From: a virus
Taxonomy: Duplodnaviria > Heunggongvirae > Uroviricota > Caudoviricetes
Virus record (IMG/VR): IMGVR_UViG_3300042922_000906
Span: 1-40,053 of that record
Direction: 5' to 3' (one strand)
Length of the DNA: 40,053 bases
Both the position numbers and the translations under genes were made by a program. The notes under the pieces were generated by a model, which ran no database searches, was not told the DNA's origin, and saw only the letters and a list, made by a program, of their open reading frames with translations. Shown here in pieces: positions 19,417 to 29,368 of this stretch (its first letter is position 1; the number at the start of each line of letters is the position of its first letter).

Positions 19417-20853
19417 CTATAGATTTATTTTGGTTTCTTTATTAACTACAATAACCCTACTTGTTTTATTCTTTTTGCTGATCATTTCTTGTAATTCTTG
19501 TGAAAATTCGCATTTGTTTTTAAAGTTGCTATGCACTAATGCTATCTTTTCAGCTTGAATATTAGAATAATAATTCAATAAATCTTGTTGTTGCATATGT
19601 CCAGAAAAAGAATGTAAATCAACAATTGCACATTTATTTTTAAATGATTTACCATCTATAAAAATCGTTTTTTGTTTGTTTCCACTTTTAATTTTGCTTG
19701 CCAGAGTATTTAAAGCTGAATATCCAATAAATAATATAGTTGAATATGGATTGGGTAAAATTACCTTTGACCAAGATTTTGATCTTCCTTGATTCATCAT
19801 CCCTGAAGATGAAATTACAATCTTTGGCCTATTATCATTCATACATGCTTTACTATCATTGATATCTTTTATAAATCTTACATTTTTCCAACCGCATACT
19901 TTTTTAAATAATTCTAATTCTTCTCCACATAATACCTGTCCATATATTTCTGTTATTGCACAGGTTAAAGGGCTGTCAATTATTACAGGAACTTCAAATA
20001 CAGGATTATTACCAAACAATTCATATAAAATTGTAAGAATAGATTGTGTTCTATCTAAACTAAAGGAGGGTATAAGAACCTGTCCATGTTTATCATAACA
20101 TGTTTCCAAAATTACACTTTTTATTTTCTCAATATCTTTTTGACGATCTTTATCAGTAATGTTGTCATTTCTGCCTGAATATGTACATTCACCTATAACC
20201 AAACTGGCGTTTTTACAGTGTTCAAATTGTTCAACATAATGTTTATTTTTTATGGCCACATTTCCTAGATCACCAGTGTATAAAATTTTTTCAGTATGAT
20301 TACCTTGCTTAATATACAGTTCAATTTGCGCTGACCGTATAATATGATAAGCCGATATGAATTTAAATGATATTTCGTTATCAAGTTGTATAATTTGACC
20401 GTAATTATATTCTTCAATATGTTCAACAGTTTTATTAACATCTTCTTCAAAATATATTGGTTTGTATTCAACATCAGATGATTTTTTATTTAACATTTCA
20501 CAATCACGTTGCATAATAAAAGCTGAATCTTTAAGCATTGGATAAATAAATTTGGAACTATCCTTAACACAAATAATTCTTGCCATACATCCTTCTTTAT
20601 ACAATTTAGGCAAAAGACCAATATGATCTATATGGAAATGAGAAATAAAAATAAAATCAATTTCTTTTGGTTTAAAATCAAACTTTCTGCTATTAAATTT
20701 ATAATCCTCTTTTAACGAATTACTTTGAAATAAACCAGCTTCTAGTAAAATTTTCTTATTACCAAATTCAATTAAGGTCATTGAACCAGTAACTTCATAG
20801 GCATTTCCTCCGACAAAACTGACTTTTATCTGATTTTCTTTTTTCTTAGCCAT
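19417..20853 (-). CDS. metallo-beta-lactamase/beta-CASP ribonuclease (CPSF73/Ysh1-like family)
   Basis: SHFHIDH (HxHxDH), AYHI, YTGD, IGECTY, FSLDRTQ, SSGMM, FSGH, LVH motifs. Confidence 0.9.
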   Translation of the reverse strand: MAKKKENQIKVSFVGGNAYEVTGSMTLIEFGNKKILLEAGLFQSNSLKEDYKFNSRKFDFKPKEIDFIFISHFHIDHIGLLPKLYKEGCMARIICVKDSSKFIYPMLKDSAFIMQRDCEMLNKKSSDVEYKPIYFEEDVNKTVEHIEEYNYGQIIQLDNEISFKFISAYHIIRSAQIELYIKQGNHTEKILYTGDLGNVAIKNKHYVEQFEHCKNASLVIGECTYSGRNDNITDKDRQKDIEKIKSVILETCYDKHGQVLIPSFSLDRTQSILTILYELFGNNPVFEVPVIIDSPLTCAITEIYGQVLCGEELELFKKVCGWKNVRFIKDINDSKACMNDNRPKIVISSSGMMNQGRSKSWSKVILPNPYSTILFIGYSALNTLASKIKSGNKQKTIFIDGKSFKNKCAIVDLHSFSGHMQQQDLLNYYSNIQAEKIALVHSNFKNKCEFSQELQEMISKKNKTSRVIVVNKETKINL

Positions 20854-20899
20854 AGACTTCACCAAGTATCATCTTATCAAACCCTTCTATGGTTTATTT

Positions 20900-21070
20900 T
20901 TATTTCTGATTAGTTTTCCAGTATTGCTCAACTTCTTTTTGCCAGGTATTAACCAAAAATCTTTTTCTACCTGTACATTCCCAAAGCTTTGCCTGATGAT
21001 TACTATGATTATAGATTTCTTCTATAATGGGGAAGATAGAGTCAAAATAGTTTCTATTAACTGATTTCAC
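20900..21070 (-). CDS. small hypothetical protein (56 aa, MKSVNRNYFDSIFPIIEEIY...); not in ORF track
   Basis: GTG start; open frame in the intergenic gap; RBS weak or distant. Confidence 0.4.
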   Translation of the reverse strand: MKSVNRNYFDSIFPIIEEIYNHSNHQAKLWECTGRKRFLVNTWQKEVEQYWKTNQK

Positions 21071-21309
21071 GTGTTAGGTACACATCCTTCTGCCGTTGTT
21101 GATATTATAATATTTGAGTTGAATAAAAATAAGGGTACAATTTCTTATACCCTTATCAGAGAAAACACACTCTTTTACGTGTACATTAGTAGTGCTCCCC
21201 TTAAATACCATTAAGGACATTTAGACATGATTTTAAAACCCTAGTATTTCAAGGGTTTTAAAATTCCAGTAATATTTGTGTGTTAAAAAATGTAGCAGAA
21301 TCAAGACTT

Positions 21310-23913
21310 CTAGCTCTGATTACATTTTTTTCTTTTCCTAAAATTTTCTACATTTTTTCTTACTTTTTCCTTTCTATTTATCATCGAACATACTTGGCAA
21401 TATTCTTGTGAATGATTTTTATTATTGGTAATTTCAACTAAATCTCCACATCGCTTACAATAAATATTGCCAGTTAATATATTACCTTTCAAATTTTCAA
21501 CAATAATGTCTCCAAAACTAGACCACAATGTTGTTTTATAACTACTTTTCTTTTGTTCATATAAATATTCTATCAATACATCTACAACATAATAAACATC
21601 AGAGTTAACTTCTAAAAGTTGTTTTCTAATATCTTTATAGATATAGATATTGTCACTAGTATCATCTTCTTCAGATTCAATAGTAATAAATCTTTTACTT
21701 AGGTCTAATTGTTTGTACTTATTAACAATATCTTGATCAATTAGAATCTGTTTATTTTTCATTAACATTCTATAATTAAATTCGCCAATATCTTTAGTTT
21801 CAAATTTAATTCTAGGATTCTTAATGATTTTTTCCAATCTATTAACCAAACTATTATTAATTGGTTCAACTTTATTTTTTTCTTTATCTTTTGCATATAT
21901 AAAGAAATGGGGAACTTTTGCTTTGGTATATGAGGTAATAAGCTTCTTCTTATCGGCGGGTCTAGTAGGCTTATATAAAGTTTTAGCAAAATCAATTGTA
22001 AAATTGTTTTCCATACATAAAAGCTTAATTACATTAAGGTTTATATTATGACTATTCCATATTTTAGTTATGTCATTACTGATCATGCCAATATTCCCAC
22101 CAGTATATGCCGATACAAGTCCATTATAGATAGAATGTTTATCAACCTTTTCGGCTTTTGCTTTTCTCATGTTGTAATACAGCGGCACTACATTATTCAT
22201 ATGCCTTTCTGCAACAGAAATTAAGGTTTTTTCTGCACAAACAAGGCTTTTATCTCCGTCTACATCAAATTGAAGTATCTTTGAAATTAAATCATGGCAG
22301 CTTGTATATAATCCATTTGTTGTAAGCCATTGGCCTTTCTCATCATCAACAACATTTTTTCTTATGGCATGTTCCCGATACAAATGTGGACTCCTTAAAC
22401 AATCTAACTTATCCGTATCTCTATAAAGGTTGCAAAAAACTTCTCCATTCATTAGAAGTCCGTCGGGATCTTTATTATCTAAAAACAAATATTCGCAAAA
22501 TGCATATAGATCAGGAATTATAAATGTATATTTACCTTTAATTTCAAGCTTGCCAGCTCTAGCTTCTTTAACCATACTCTTTTTGGTTTGTTTAATTATT
22601 TCTTTACTGTAAGTGTCACATAATAATTGAGGATATAATTCAAGGGCTTGTTGGAAATAGTTTTTATTAACATTTGATTTAGTCACCCCTAATATTTTAA
22701 GCATTGTTCTTCTATCTGAACCAGCTCTGTAAATATCATTTATTGTTTTCGTAGCTAATAATTCTATTTCGCTATCTTCCATTTCAGTCAGGGTTTGAAG
22801 CATTTGATAATTGATCTTTGCATCTGAAAATGTATCTTCCTCAATATTACATATTCCTGCATGGCACTTATATTTTTCAAATTTATCTTTATAATCTTGC
22901 CATGAATTATAATACTTCCACATTTTAAACTGAGACTTGGTAAATATAATGCGGATATCATCTTCAAATATATCCCATTCTTTGCCATAAATATCTTTGA
23001 TTTTCGAATCACCATTATTAATTTTAATAAATTTATCAAAGGCAAAAGGAGATAATAAACCTTTTATCCAAGGCAATCTTGTCATAAAATTTTTATTACT
23101 TACTGAGGTTAACATGATTCCGCAGCCATCGGTATGGGTTATTGGTACAAGCATTTCACCCCTATGGATTAAATATGTGCTGTCATCGATAAAATCAACT
23201 TGACCTTTAACAAATGTTTCAAAATCATCAACTACAATACTTCTGTTAATATCAAAAGTATCCCAATTATCTGTTGCACTATTACATAAAGCTAAGTAAG
23301 CTAAATATTTATTTATATTTACTCCACCTAAATTATTTATATCATCAATAGTCAGACCGCACATTAAAGTTTTTTGATGTTTATTTAATAAATTTTCTTT
23401 AATAAATACAGTTTTCTTTGTTCTTATCTGTCCAGCACTTGCGGTTAAACAGACATACCTCTCTCCGTTAAACAAGTAACCTTCTAGAATAATATCTTCG
23501 ATCACATCAAAAAAATATGTTTGAACAATCATTAAGTCAGTAATAAGAGTATTTTCAGGTATGCTCATTGTTCTTGTTAAAACCGATTCAAAAACAGATA
23601 CAACATTATATTTATTTATATATGTGCCATCTAACTCTCTAATAGACTTATTATCCTTAAATTGTTTACACAGTTTTCCTTTTTGAAATTTTAGATATTT
23701 ATTAATATTTGTTATATATTTTCCATATTTATCTTTGTTTTCTTGCGAAAATAAACTATTTTTCTTTTTAAGGAATAATTGAACCTTTTTTCTTAAAATA
23801 TATAGTTTGTTCATGTATTGATGAATTTCTTTTTCATTTTCATTGTAAAAAGCGGAAGTATCAACACTGTAAATATGTATCTGTTTATTAAGAGCTATAT
23901 CACATTCCTCCAA
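21310..23913 (-). CDS. yonO: YonO-like single-subunit DNA-dependent RNA polymerase (RdRP-fold two-barrel)
   Basis: 867 aa; catalytic QFDVDGD (DxDGD), CLRSPHL, TDGCG, SAGQIRTKK; located upstream of late genes. Confidence 0.9.
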   Translation of the reverse strand: MEECDIALNKQIHIYSVDTSAFYNENEKEIHQYMNKLYILRKKVQLFLKKKNSLFSQENKDKYGKYITNINKYLKFQKGKLCKQFKDNKSIRELDGTYINKYNVVSVFESVLTRTMSIPENTLITDLMIVQTYFFDVIEDIILEGYLFNGERYVCLTASAGQIRTKKTVFIKENLLNKHQKTLMCGLTIDDINNLGGVNINKYLAYLALCNSATDNWDTFDINRSIVVDDFETFVKGQVDFIDDSTYLIHRGEMLVPITHTDGCGIMLTSVSNKNFMTRLPWIKGLLSPFAFDKFIKINNGDSKIKDIYGKEWDIFEDDIRIIFTKSQFKMWKYYNSWQDYKDKFEKYKCHAGICNIEEDTFSDAKINYQMLQTLTEMEDSEIELLATKTINDIYRAGSDRRTMLKILGVTKSNVNKNYFQQALELYPQLLCDTYSKEIIKQTKKSMVKEARAGKLEIKGKYTFIIPDLYAFCEYLFLDNKDPDGLLMNGEVFCNLYRDTDKLDCLRSPHLYREHAIRKNVVDDEKGQWLTTNGLYTSCHDLISKILQFDVDGDKSLVCAEKTLISVAERHMNNVVPLYYNMRKAKAEKVDKHSIYNGLVSAYTGGNIGMISNDITKIWNSHNINLNVIKLLCMENNFTIDFAKTLYKPTRPADKKKLITSYTKAKVPHFFIYAKDKEKNKVEPINNSLVNRLEKIIKNPRIKFETKDIGEFNYRMLMKNKQILIDQDIVNKYKQLDLSKRFITIESEEDDTSDNIYIYKDIRKQLLEVNSDVYYVVDVLIEYLYEQKKSSYKTTLWSSFGDIIVENLKGNILTGNIYCKRCGDLVEITNNKNHSQEYCQVCSMINRKEKVRKNVENFRKRKKCNQS

Positions 23914-23931
23914 TCCTTGTTGTTAATATCT

Positions 23932-24156
23932 CTATTCACCAAAATAAGCTCCTCTATAAACTTCTTCAGACAACTTTCTATTTTCAGCAAAAAACTCACG
24001 TTTACAAAAGCTTGTTCCGTTTTCTTCCTTACAGAAACCATCACTTGTTCCATTATCCATGAGAGGGGTGAGACACTTTCTGCAATAATAATATTTTTCT
24101 TCCTTATGTATTTTTTCGTTGTTAGCATTAACTTCTGTTGAATTCTGTAGTTCCAT
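23932..24156 (-). CDS. small Zn-finger-like hypothetical protein
   Basis: YYYCRKC..FC..FC; GGAG RBS. Confidence 0.55.
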   Translation of the reverse strand: MELQNSTEVNANNEKIHKEEKYYYCRKCLTPLMDNGTSDGFCKEENGTSFCKREFFAENRKLSEEVYRGAYFGE

Positions 24157-24356
24157 AAATGATCTCCGTTTCAGTAATTAAATAATTTTTTAATTTCATA
24201 TTCTTCAACCTTTCGAATAAACCAATAATAAAATGGATTTATATTATAATATTTTAGTTATAACTCTTTGATATTAAGTATCAATTTTCTCACCTCGCTT
24301 TAACAATGTATCAGATGCGTGATTTCTGCCACAGATTATTGTTTTTCCACAAGTTT

Positions 24357-24385
24357 ATTATAGCAGGAGAAACAATTTAAGTCAA
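24357..24385 (-). promoter_or_regulatory. sigma-A promoter driving the RNAP operon
   Basis: TTGACT-17-TATAAT with extended TG on the minus strand. Confidence 0.8.
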
Positions 24386-24406
24386 TAAAATATTATAATA
24401 TTGTAG

Positions 24407-25414
24407 TTATATTTTTAATAAGTACTCTGCTAATTTTTTCTGAGAATATAAATACACATCATTGTACTTAAAAAAGTCCTTTTTAGACATTTCATTTGGT
24501 TGCCCGATCACAGTTTTATCTATTAATTTTGCAACATTGTTATTGTACTGCAATTGGTTTCTTTCATAATTCTTTTCTGCTTGATTATTAATAACATCAA
24601 TAATTTTATCATTAAGAAGAATGCGCTGCATCTTTAATTCGGCTTTTTCTAAAGCATCTACAATATGTTGGTGCGTAAACATGATATTTATGTTGTTAAA
24701 ATAGTAAGTTATATCGTGCTTACCTAATAAATTATAGACCTTATCATAAAATTCCTTGTTTTTAAATTTCAGGTGTATTTGAACCATAGATTCAAGACCC
24801 ATGTCAATTAAGACTTCTCTTTCAATATCTCGAATAATATTAATCTCATTTTCATCAGCTCTCCTAACGTTACCATTTGTTAATCTAACCATTATAAAAG
24901 TATCGACAGTTATTAACCGTCTATTTGAAAGATTACGCAGAGCATCAAAAAGAGTTCTGTTTAATTTAGCATAAGAGCGCTGATAGAAATGATTCACTTG
25001 GAACTGGGTAATATCTTCATTAGATTTCATAAGGCCGTAATAATTTTCATTAGTATAATTTTCATTTACCATACCCAACATTAGAAATAGACTCTTATTA
25101 GTAAAATCTGATTTATTACCATCTTTCCTGGAGAGATAATTAAGCAAAAGTAACTCAATGTGCTGAACATATTCATTATTGTTTCCATGACTACGCAAAT
25201 CTTGTTTGGATAGGGGAGTCTCATATACATTTGTGATGATATATTTCTGACCATCCTTTTCAAATGAAAAATAGCGTTCCCATTCTTTATGTTGAGATTT
25301 TTTTGAACAACCTCCCAGTATAGGCTCATCAAGCAACTTGCATAGTTCCTTGTAATTTCTAATTGCAGAACCTTCTGTTAAAACTTCGCTATATTTTTTT
25401 ATTTCATTAAGCAT
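24407..25414 (-). CDS. hypothetical protein, possibly a replication initiator or DNA-binding protein
   Basis: 335 aa; NYKELCKLL..GG.SKKSQ.KEWERYF N-terminus; adjacent to origin-like hairpins; function inferred only. Confidence 0.5.
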   Translation of the reverse strand: MLNEIKKYSEVLTEGSAIRNYKELCKLLDEPILGGCSKKSQHKEWERYFSFEKDGQKYIITNVYETPLSKQDLRSHGNNNEYVQHIELLLLNYLSRKDGNKSDFTNKSLFLMLGMVNENYTNENYYGLMKSNEDITQFQVNHFYQRSYAKLNRTLFDALRNLSNRRLITVDTFIMVRLTNGNVRRADENEINIIRDIEREVLIDMGLESMVQIHLKFKNKEFYDKVYNLLGKHDITYYFNNINIMFTHQHIVDALEKAELKMQRILLNDKIIDVINNQAEKNYERNQLQYNNNVAKLIDKTVIGQPNEMSKKDFFKYNDVYLYSQKKLAEYLLKI

Positions 25415-25620
25415 AAATTAATCCTTTCTCAATTCTTTCAAATTTGACTTTTCACTGGAATTATAAAAATTTGACTGTTTAAAAGGACATATATAAATAT
25501 ATATTATATAGTATTTTAATTAGTCAACTTTTTTCAAACCCTACAACTATTGATATTACTATGTTTGAAACATATGTTACAAAATAATTACATTCATTTC
25601 AGAATTTAAGGTATAAATTT

Positions 25621-25703
25621 CGTGCGCAAGCACGAGCAATTGTCGAGTTGGCTTTTGTCTTTTCGAAGCGTAGCGTAGAAAAACAAAAACAACCGTCAAT
25701 TGC
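25621..25703. other. GC-rich hairpin cluster (origin/ssi-like)
   Basis: cgtgc-GCAA-gcacg, plus long stem gcaattg...caattgc with loop cgaagcgTAGCGTag. Confidence 0.55.
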
Positions 25704-27082
25704 ACTTAATCACTATTATCTATATTGATTATACTATCTCTATTAATAAAAGTAAATAATATATTATAATAATTTAGTTAATATTGATTTAATCTATATC
25801 AAATTAATTATCAAAGTTTCAATTAAAAGGGAAGATTACTGACAATTATATATTAAGTGAGCTTGTGATAGTGGATGATCAGTAACCTTCCAATATATAA
25901 ATTTTTCTAATGATTAATATAACCTAATAGATTTAATATTATTTATTGTTGATTCAGATAATATTTACCTCAAAGTTATTCGGTTAGACAAAATGATAGA
26001 TATAAATAAGTGTTGAAAATTATGTGTAAATACTGAAATTAGTGAGTTTGCATTGTGTTTCAATTATATTAATGAGTTAAGCATATATTACGTTCGGTGA
26101 GAGCGCATAAATTATTGAATTTTTGAGTAAGAGAGATGTCGTGAAAGTATTGATGTTATTGAGCTAGAGTAGGGTAGGGGATAGGTGAATTTTAATAAAT
26201 GATGTAAAATATGCCCCCATGTAAGTAAATACATGTGTCTTGAAAGTGCTGATATAAGCTGATTCTACGAATGGCTATCGAATGAGTTTTTTAGTGAATT
26301 GGGGTAGTTTTGAGTGGAAATAAGATAATTTATTTTGACAGTTATGAGATAGATTTTAAATTGTTTGAAAATAAATACAATTTATATGTATATGATTATG
26401 AATGAAATGTTCGGTGTGGGTGAATGGGAAGAATAAGGTAATAATCTTGTGATTCGCTGTTCGTAATGGGTTGAGGGTGTGGATGGAAGTGCTATAGGTG
26501 TTTTGAGCGGAACAGGGATTTTCCTTGATGTAAACATACCCCCACTATGGGTTAGTGCCTTGTAGATTATTGTATCATTAGTCCTGTAATATGCGGTATT
26601 ACTGCATTATAAGCCAATAAATTAATCATATAAAAAGTATAAAATAATACTACTATTATTTTATAGTCTAAAGGTCTATTGATATGAATTAAGGTATATT
26701 TTGGCACATAGATACAGATAATATATTAGTATTAAAATGCTTAAAGTGTGCTATTTGTCTCTATTTGATAGTTATTAACCATTACTGTATAGGTGTACTA
26801 CTTACATATTGTACAAATGGCAGATATCCTATATAATATACAAGTGAACAATACGTGCTATTACGAACGTAATATTCGAAGCTTATAACATTTAGCTGAT
26901 TATAGAAGTATTCATAATCAATATTATATCAACTCCTACATACAACCATATCACCTAGAGTTAAAAACTAGATGAACTAATAATCAATACTGAATCCATT
27001 TTCTCTACTCACAATTGTATTTCCATCAAACCATTATAATAATATAATAGTTATAAATACATAACTAAATACAACCAAAATA

Positions 27083-27103
27083 AAAAGAGGTTATTAACCT
27101 CTT
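27083..27103. terminator. hairpin terminator of the 27147-27509 gene
   Basis: aaagagg-ttattaa-cctcttt. Confidence 0.6.
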
Positions 27104-27146
27104 TAATATTATTAATACCAATATCAAATCAATATCAAATTACTAT

Positions 27147-27509
27147 CTACTTTACAATGAATCCATTCCATTCATTAATACACTCATTAACCTTATTCAT
27201 ACAATCAACACTATCTATATCCTTTATACATATCACATTAACACTCTTAAAGTTATCTATACTAATCATCCTATCAACAACAATCACCTTACATTCATAT
27301 CCAATATAATTACTATCTACCTTATATCCTACCTCATACCGTTCCCAAGTATCATTAACCTTTAAATACACATTGCATTGCTCACCATTACCATTAACTA
27401 TTCCATAATATTCATATGTCTTGTTACCTTCACTATTAGCCATTGCATTACTGCTCATACTACACAACACAACCAAACATACATAGGCAACTATTAACTT
27501 TTTAATCAT
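27147..27509 (-). CDS. secreted/exported Cys-containing protein with signal peptide
   Basis: MIKKLIVAYVCLVVLCSMSSNAMA (KK + hydrophobic + AxA); AAGGAG RBS. Confidence 0.65.
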   Translation of the reverse strand: MIKKLIVAYVCLVVLCSMSSNAMANSEGNKTYEYYGIVNGNGEQCNVYLKVNDTWERYEVGYKVDSNYIGYECKVIVVDRMISIDNFKSVNVICIKDIDSVDCMNKVNECINEWNGFIVK

Positions 27510-27941
27510 AATAAAAACGCTCCTTATTAATTTATTTATATTATAATATCACAGCATAAACACCTAAACAATACATATTATATTATTTTAATTAAATCAA
27601 TCTATTTACCCTCTATTACGCTCAAATATGCCCTAGAATCAATTAAACGCCACTTACTTATATAATCTCTTATCTATCTTAAATAATTGCCATATGATCA
27701 AATAGCTGGCTATACATTCTATCAATAAGTAAGGAATACATATTTTACAACAAATACTATTCTAACCAATCCAATTAATCAAAACTTTTATATCTCATTT
27801 TTCTTATTATATAGTAGAAACATATTTAATCTAAAAATATTTTACAATTTCTTTTAATCCCAAAACCCTTACACGCTCTGTCTCTTAGACCTTAACACAA
27901 CACAAATAAACAAATAATAAAAAATATTTAAAAAAAACATG

Positions 27942-27970
27942 TTGACATTATTTAACTACAATATTATAAT
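27942..27970 (+). promoter_or_regulatory. consensus sigma-A early promoter with A-tract UP element
   Basis: TTGACA-17-TATAAT; A-tracts at 27905-27938. Confidence 0.88.
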
Positions 27971-27976
27971 AGAAAA

Positions 27977-28243
27977 TGTAATACAGCAATACAACAACAA
28001 ACACACAGCACTACTGATACTTGACAGGTTAATATTAATCCTTGACTTGCTACCATAGCAAGGGTAACATTCTTACAAGGCGTTTAGCACGTTATAGCTT
28101 CCAGTCAAGTATTCGCTGTGACTTATATAATGCAACGTTATATAATAGCGAATAGAAGCCTGAAAAATGGACATGGATACATACTAATAAATAAACTACT
28201 TTATAAAGATATATAATAAATTTAAATGTATATATCTTTTTTT
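27977..28243 (+). ncRNA. putative structured leader/sRNA ending in an intrinsic terminator
   Basis: Stems tacttgac/gtcaagta, ccttg/caagg, cttgcta/tagcaag, tattcgct/agcgaata; terminator aaagatatata/tatatatcttt + T7. Confidence 0.55.
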
Positions 28244-28287
28244 AATATCCTATACACAATACTATAATAAATAGGAGAGTGTATAAT

Positions 28288-28551
28288 ATGAATAAATACG
28301 GTTACAAAGAAATAAGAAAACTACATTGGCATGATTTAAGAAATCTATGTATATCAAAAAATTGGTATATGCTAGGCAACAATGAAGAATATGAACAACT
28401 TGAAAGTTTAACGAATAAAGATAATATTACCACTGATAATATAGTCGAAATTGCTACAGACATTTATAGTCATAGTAATACAGAATATGAAATAACAAAC
28501 ATCTGTTTTGAAATTGCAAGAATTTGTAATGCTTACTTTGAAGAAGTTTGA
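28288..28551 (+). CDS. hypothetical early protein
   Basis: AGGAGAG RBS. Confidence 0.75.
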   Translation: MNKYGYKEIRKLHWHDLRNLCISKNWYMLGNNEEYEQLESLTNKDNITTDNIVEIATDIYSHSNTEYEITNICFEIARICNAYFEEV

Positions 28552-28635
28552 TAAAATAACAGTATAGGATATTGGAAAAGGATATATATTACAACAACAA
28601 ATATATCCTTAATTTATTTATGGAGGTATAAAGAA

Positions 28636-28869
28636 ATGATTAAAGTATGGTTAAAAGATGACAAAACAGGAATTGAATGCGGAATTAATTCAGACGGTAA
28701 TTTATTTTTAGGAGATGATAAAAGCGGATATAATTTAAGAGACACAGAAGAAAATAGAGAATATATAATAAATGATTTTTGCAGGTATACAGGCAGACAA
28801 AAACCTGTAATAATGGCAAATGGTGAACCATATCAAGGTAATGAGACTTTATTAGAATTTAGCAGATAA
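28636..28869 (+). CDS. hypothetical early protein
   Basis: GGAGG RBS; stop begins boundary motif. Confidence 0.75.
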   Translation: MIKVWLKDDKTGIECGINSDGNLFLGDDKSGYNLRDTEENREYIINDFCRYTGRQKPVIMANGEPYQGNETLLEFSR

Positions 28870-28917
28870 AAAACTGATTTTATCACCCAAAAAATTTTAT
28901 TATAGGAGGTTAAAAGT

Positions 28918-29109
28918 ATGTATAATATACCTAAATTCAAAATTGGAGAAACAATTGAAGCCAACTGGGCAGGTGGACACGTTACAAGGCATGTTATTAC
29001 AGGAATAAAAAATACAAACCATGGGTTTTGGTATACTTGGGAAGATAGTAACAACGGCTCTGGAAGTGGTTTACATGAAGAGTACTTAAATAAATATACT
29101 AACAAATAA
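28918..29109 (+). CDS. small hypothetical protein (KOW/SH3-like pattern)
   Basis: KFKIGETIEA; GGAGG RBS; stop begins boundary motif. Confidence 0.7.
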   Translation: MYNIPKFKIGETIEANWAGGHVTRHVITGIKNTNHGFWYTWEDSNNGSGSGLHEEYLNKYTNK

Positions 29110-29156
29110 AATAACATTTTTAAAGACTATAAATTAAAAAAGGAGATAAAAAAACT

Positions 29157-29366
29157 ATGTTAAGACCTGAACACAAAAAGGAAATTCAAGAAAAAGGTTT
29201 ATATGATTTTATCTGCAATAACTATTGGAAATTATCAAAGGAAGATATGAAAGACCTGTTTAAAGAATTCAACCATGCAGTACATTCACTTGATAAAGAT
29301 ATTTGCAAAGAAGCTGAAAAAAATATGTTTGATGAACTTGAAATTGATGAATCAGAAGAAGAATAA
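29157..29366 (+). CDS. hypothetical early protein
   Basis: AAGGAG RBS. Confidence 0.7.
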   Translation: MLRPEHKKEIQEKGLYDFICNNYWKLSKEDMKDLFKEFNHAVHSLDKDICKEAEKNMFDELEIDESEEE

Positions 29367-29368
29367 CA

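Noticed and set aside
14286-23913. Inteins or group I/II introns in terminase or RNAP
   Set aside because: ORFs are continuous and of normal size; no intein C/HN termini or homing endonuclease motifs.
23895-24128. 77-aa minus-strand ORF
   Set aside because: Overlaps 23932-24156 in another frame, which has the RBS and Cys motif.
25500-25530. Sigma-A promoter for the 335-aa gene
   Set aside because: TTGACT and TATAAT are present, but the spacing is 13 nt, not 16-18.
27147-27509. Arbitrium aimP/aimR system
   Set aside because: ORF is 120 aa rather than a short pro-peptide, and no TPR receptor gene is adjacent.
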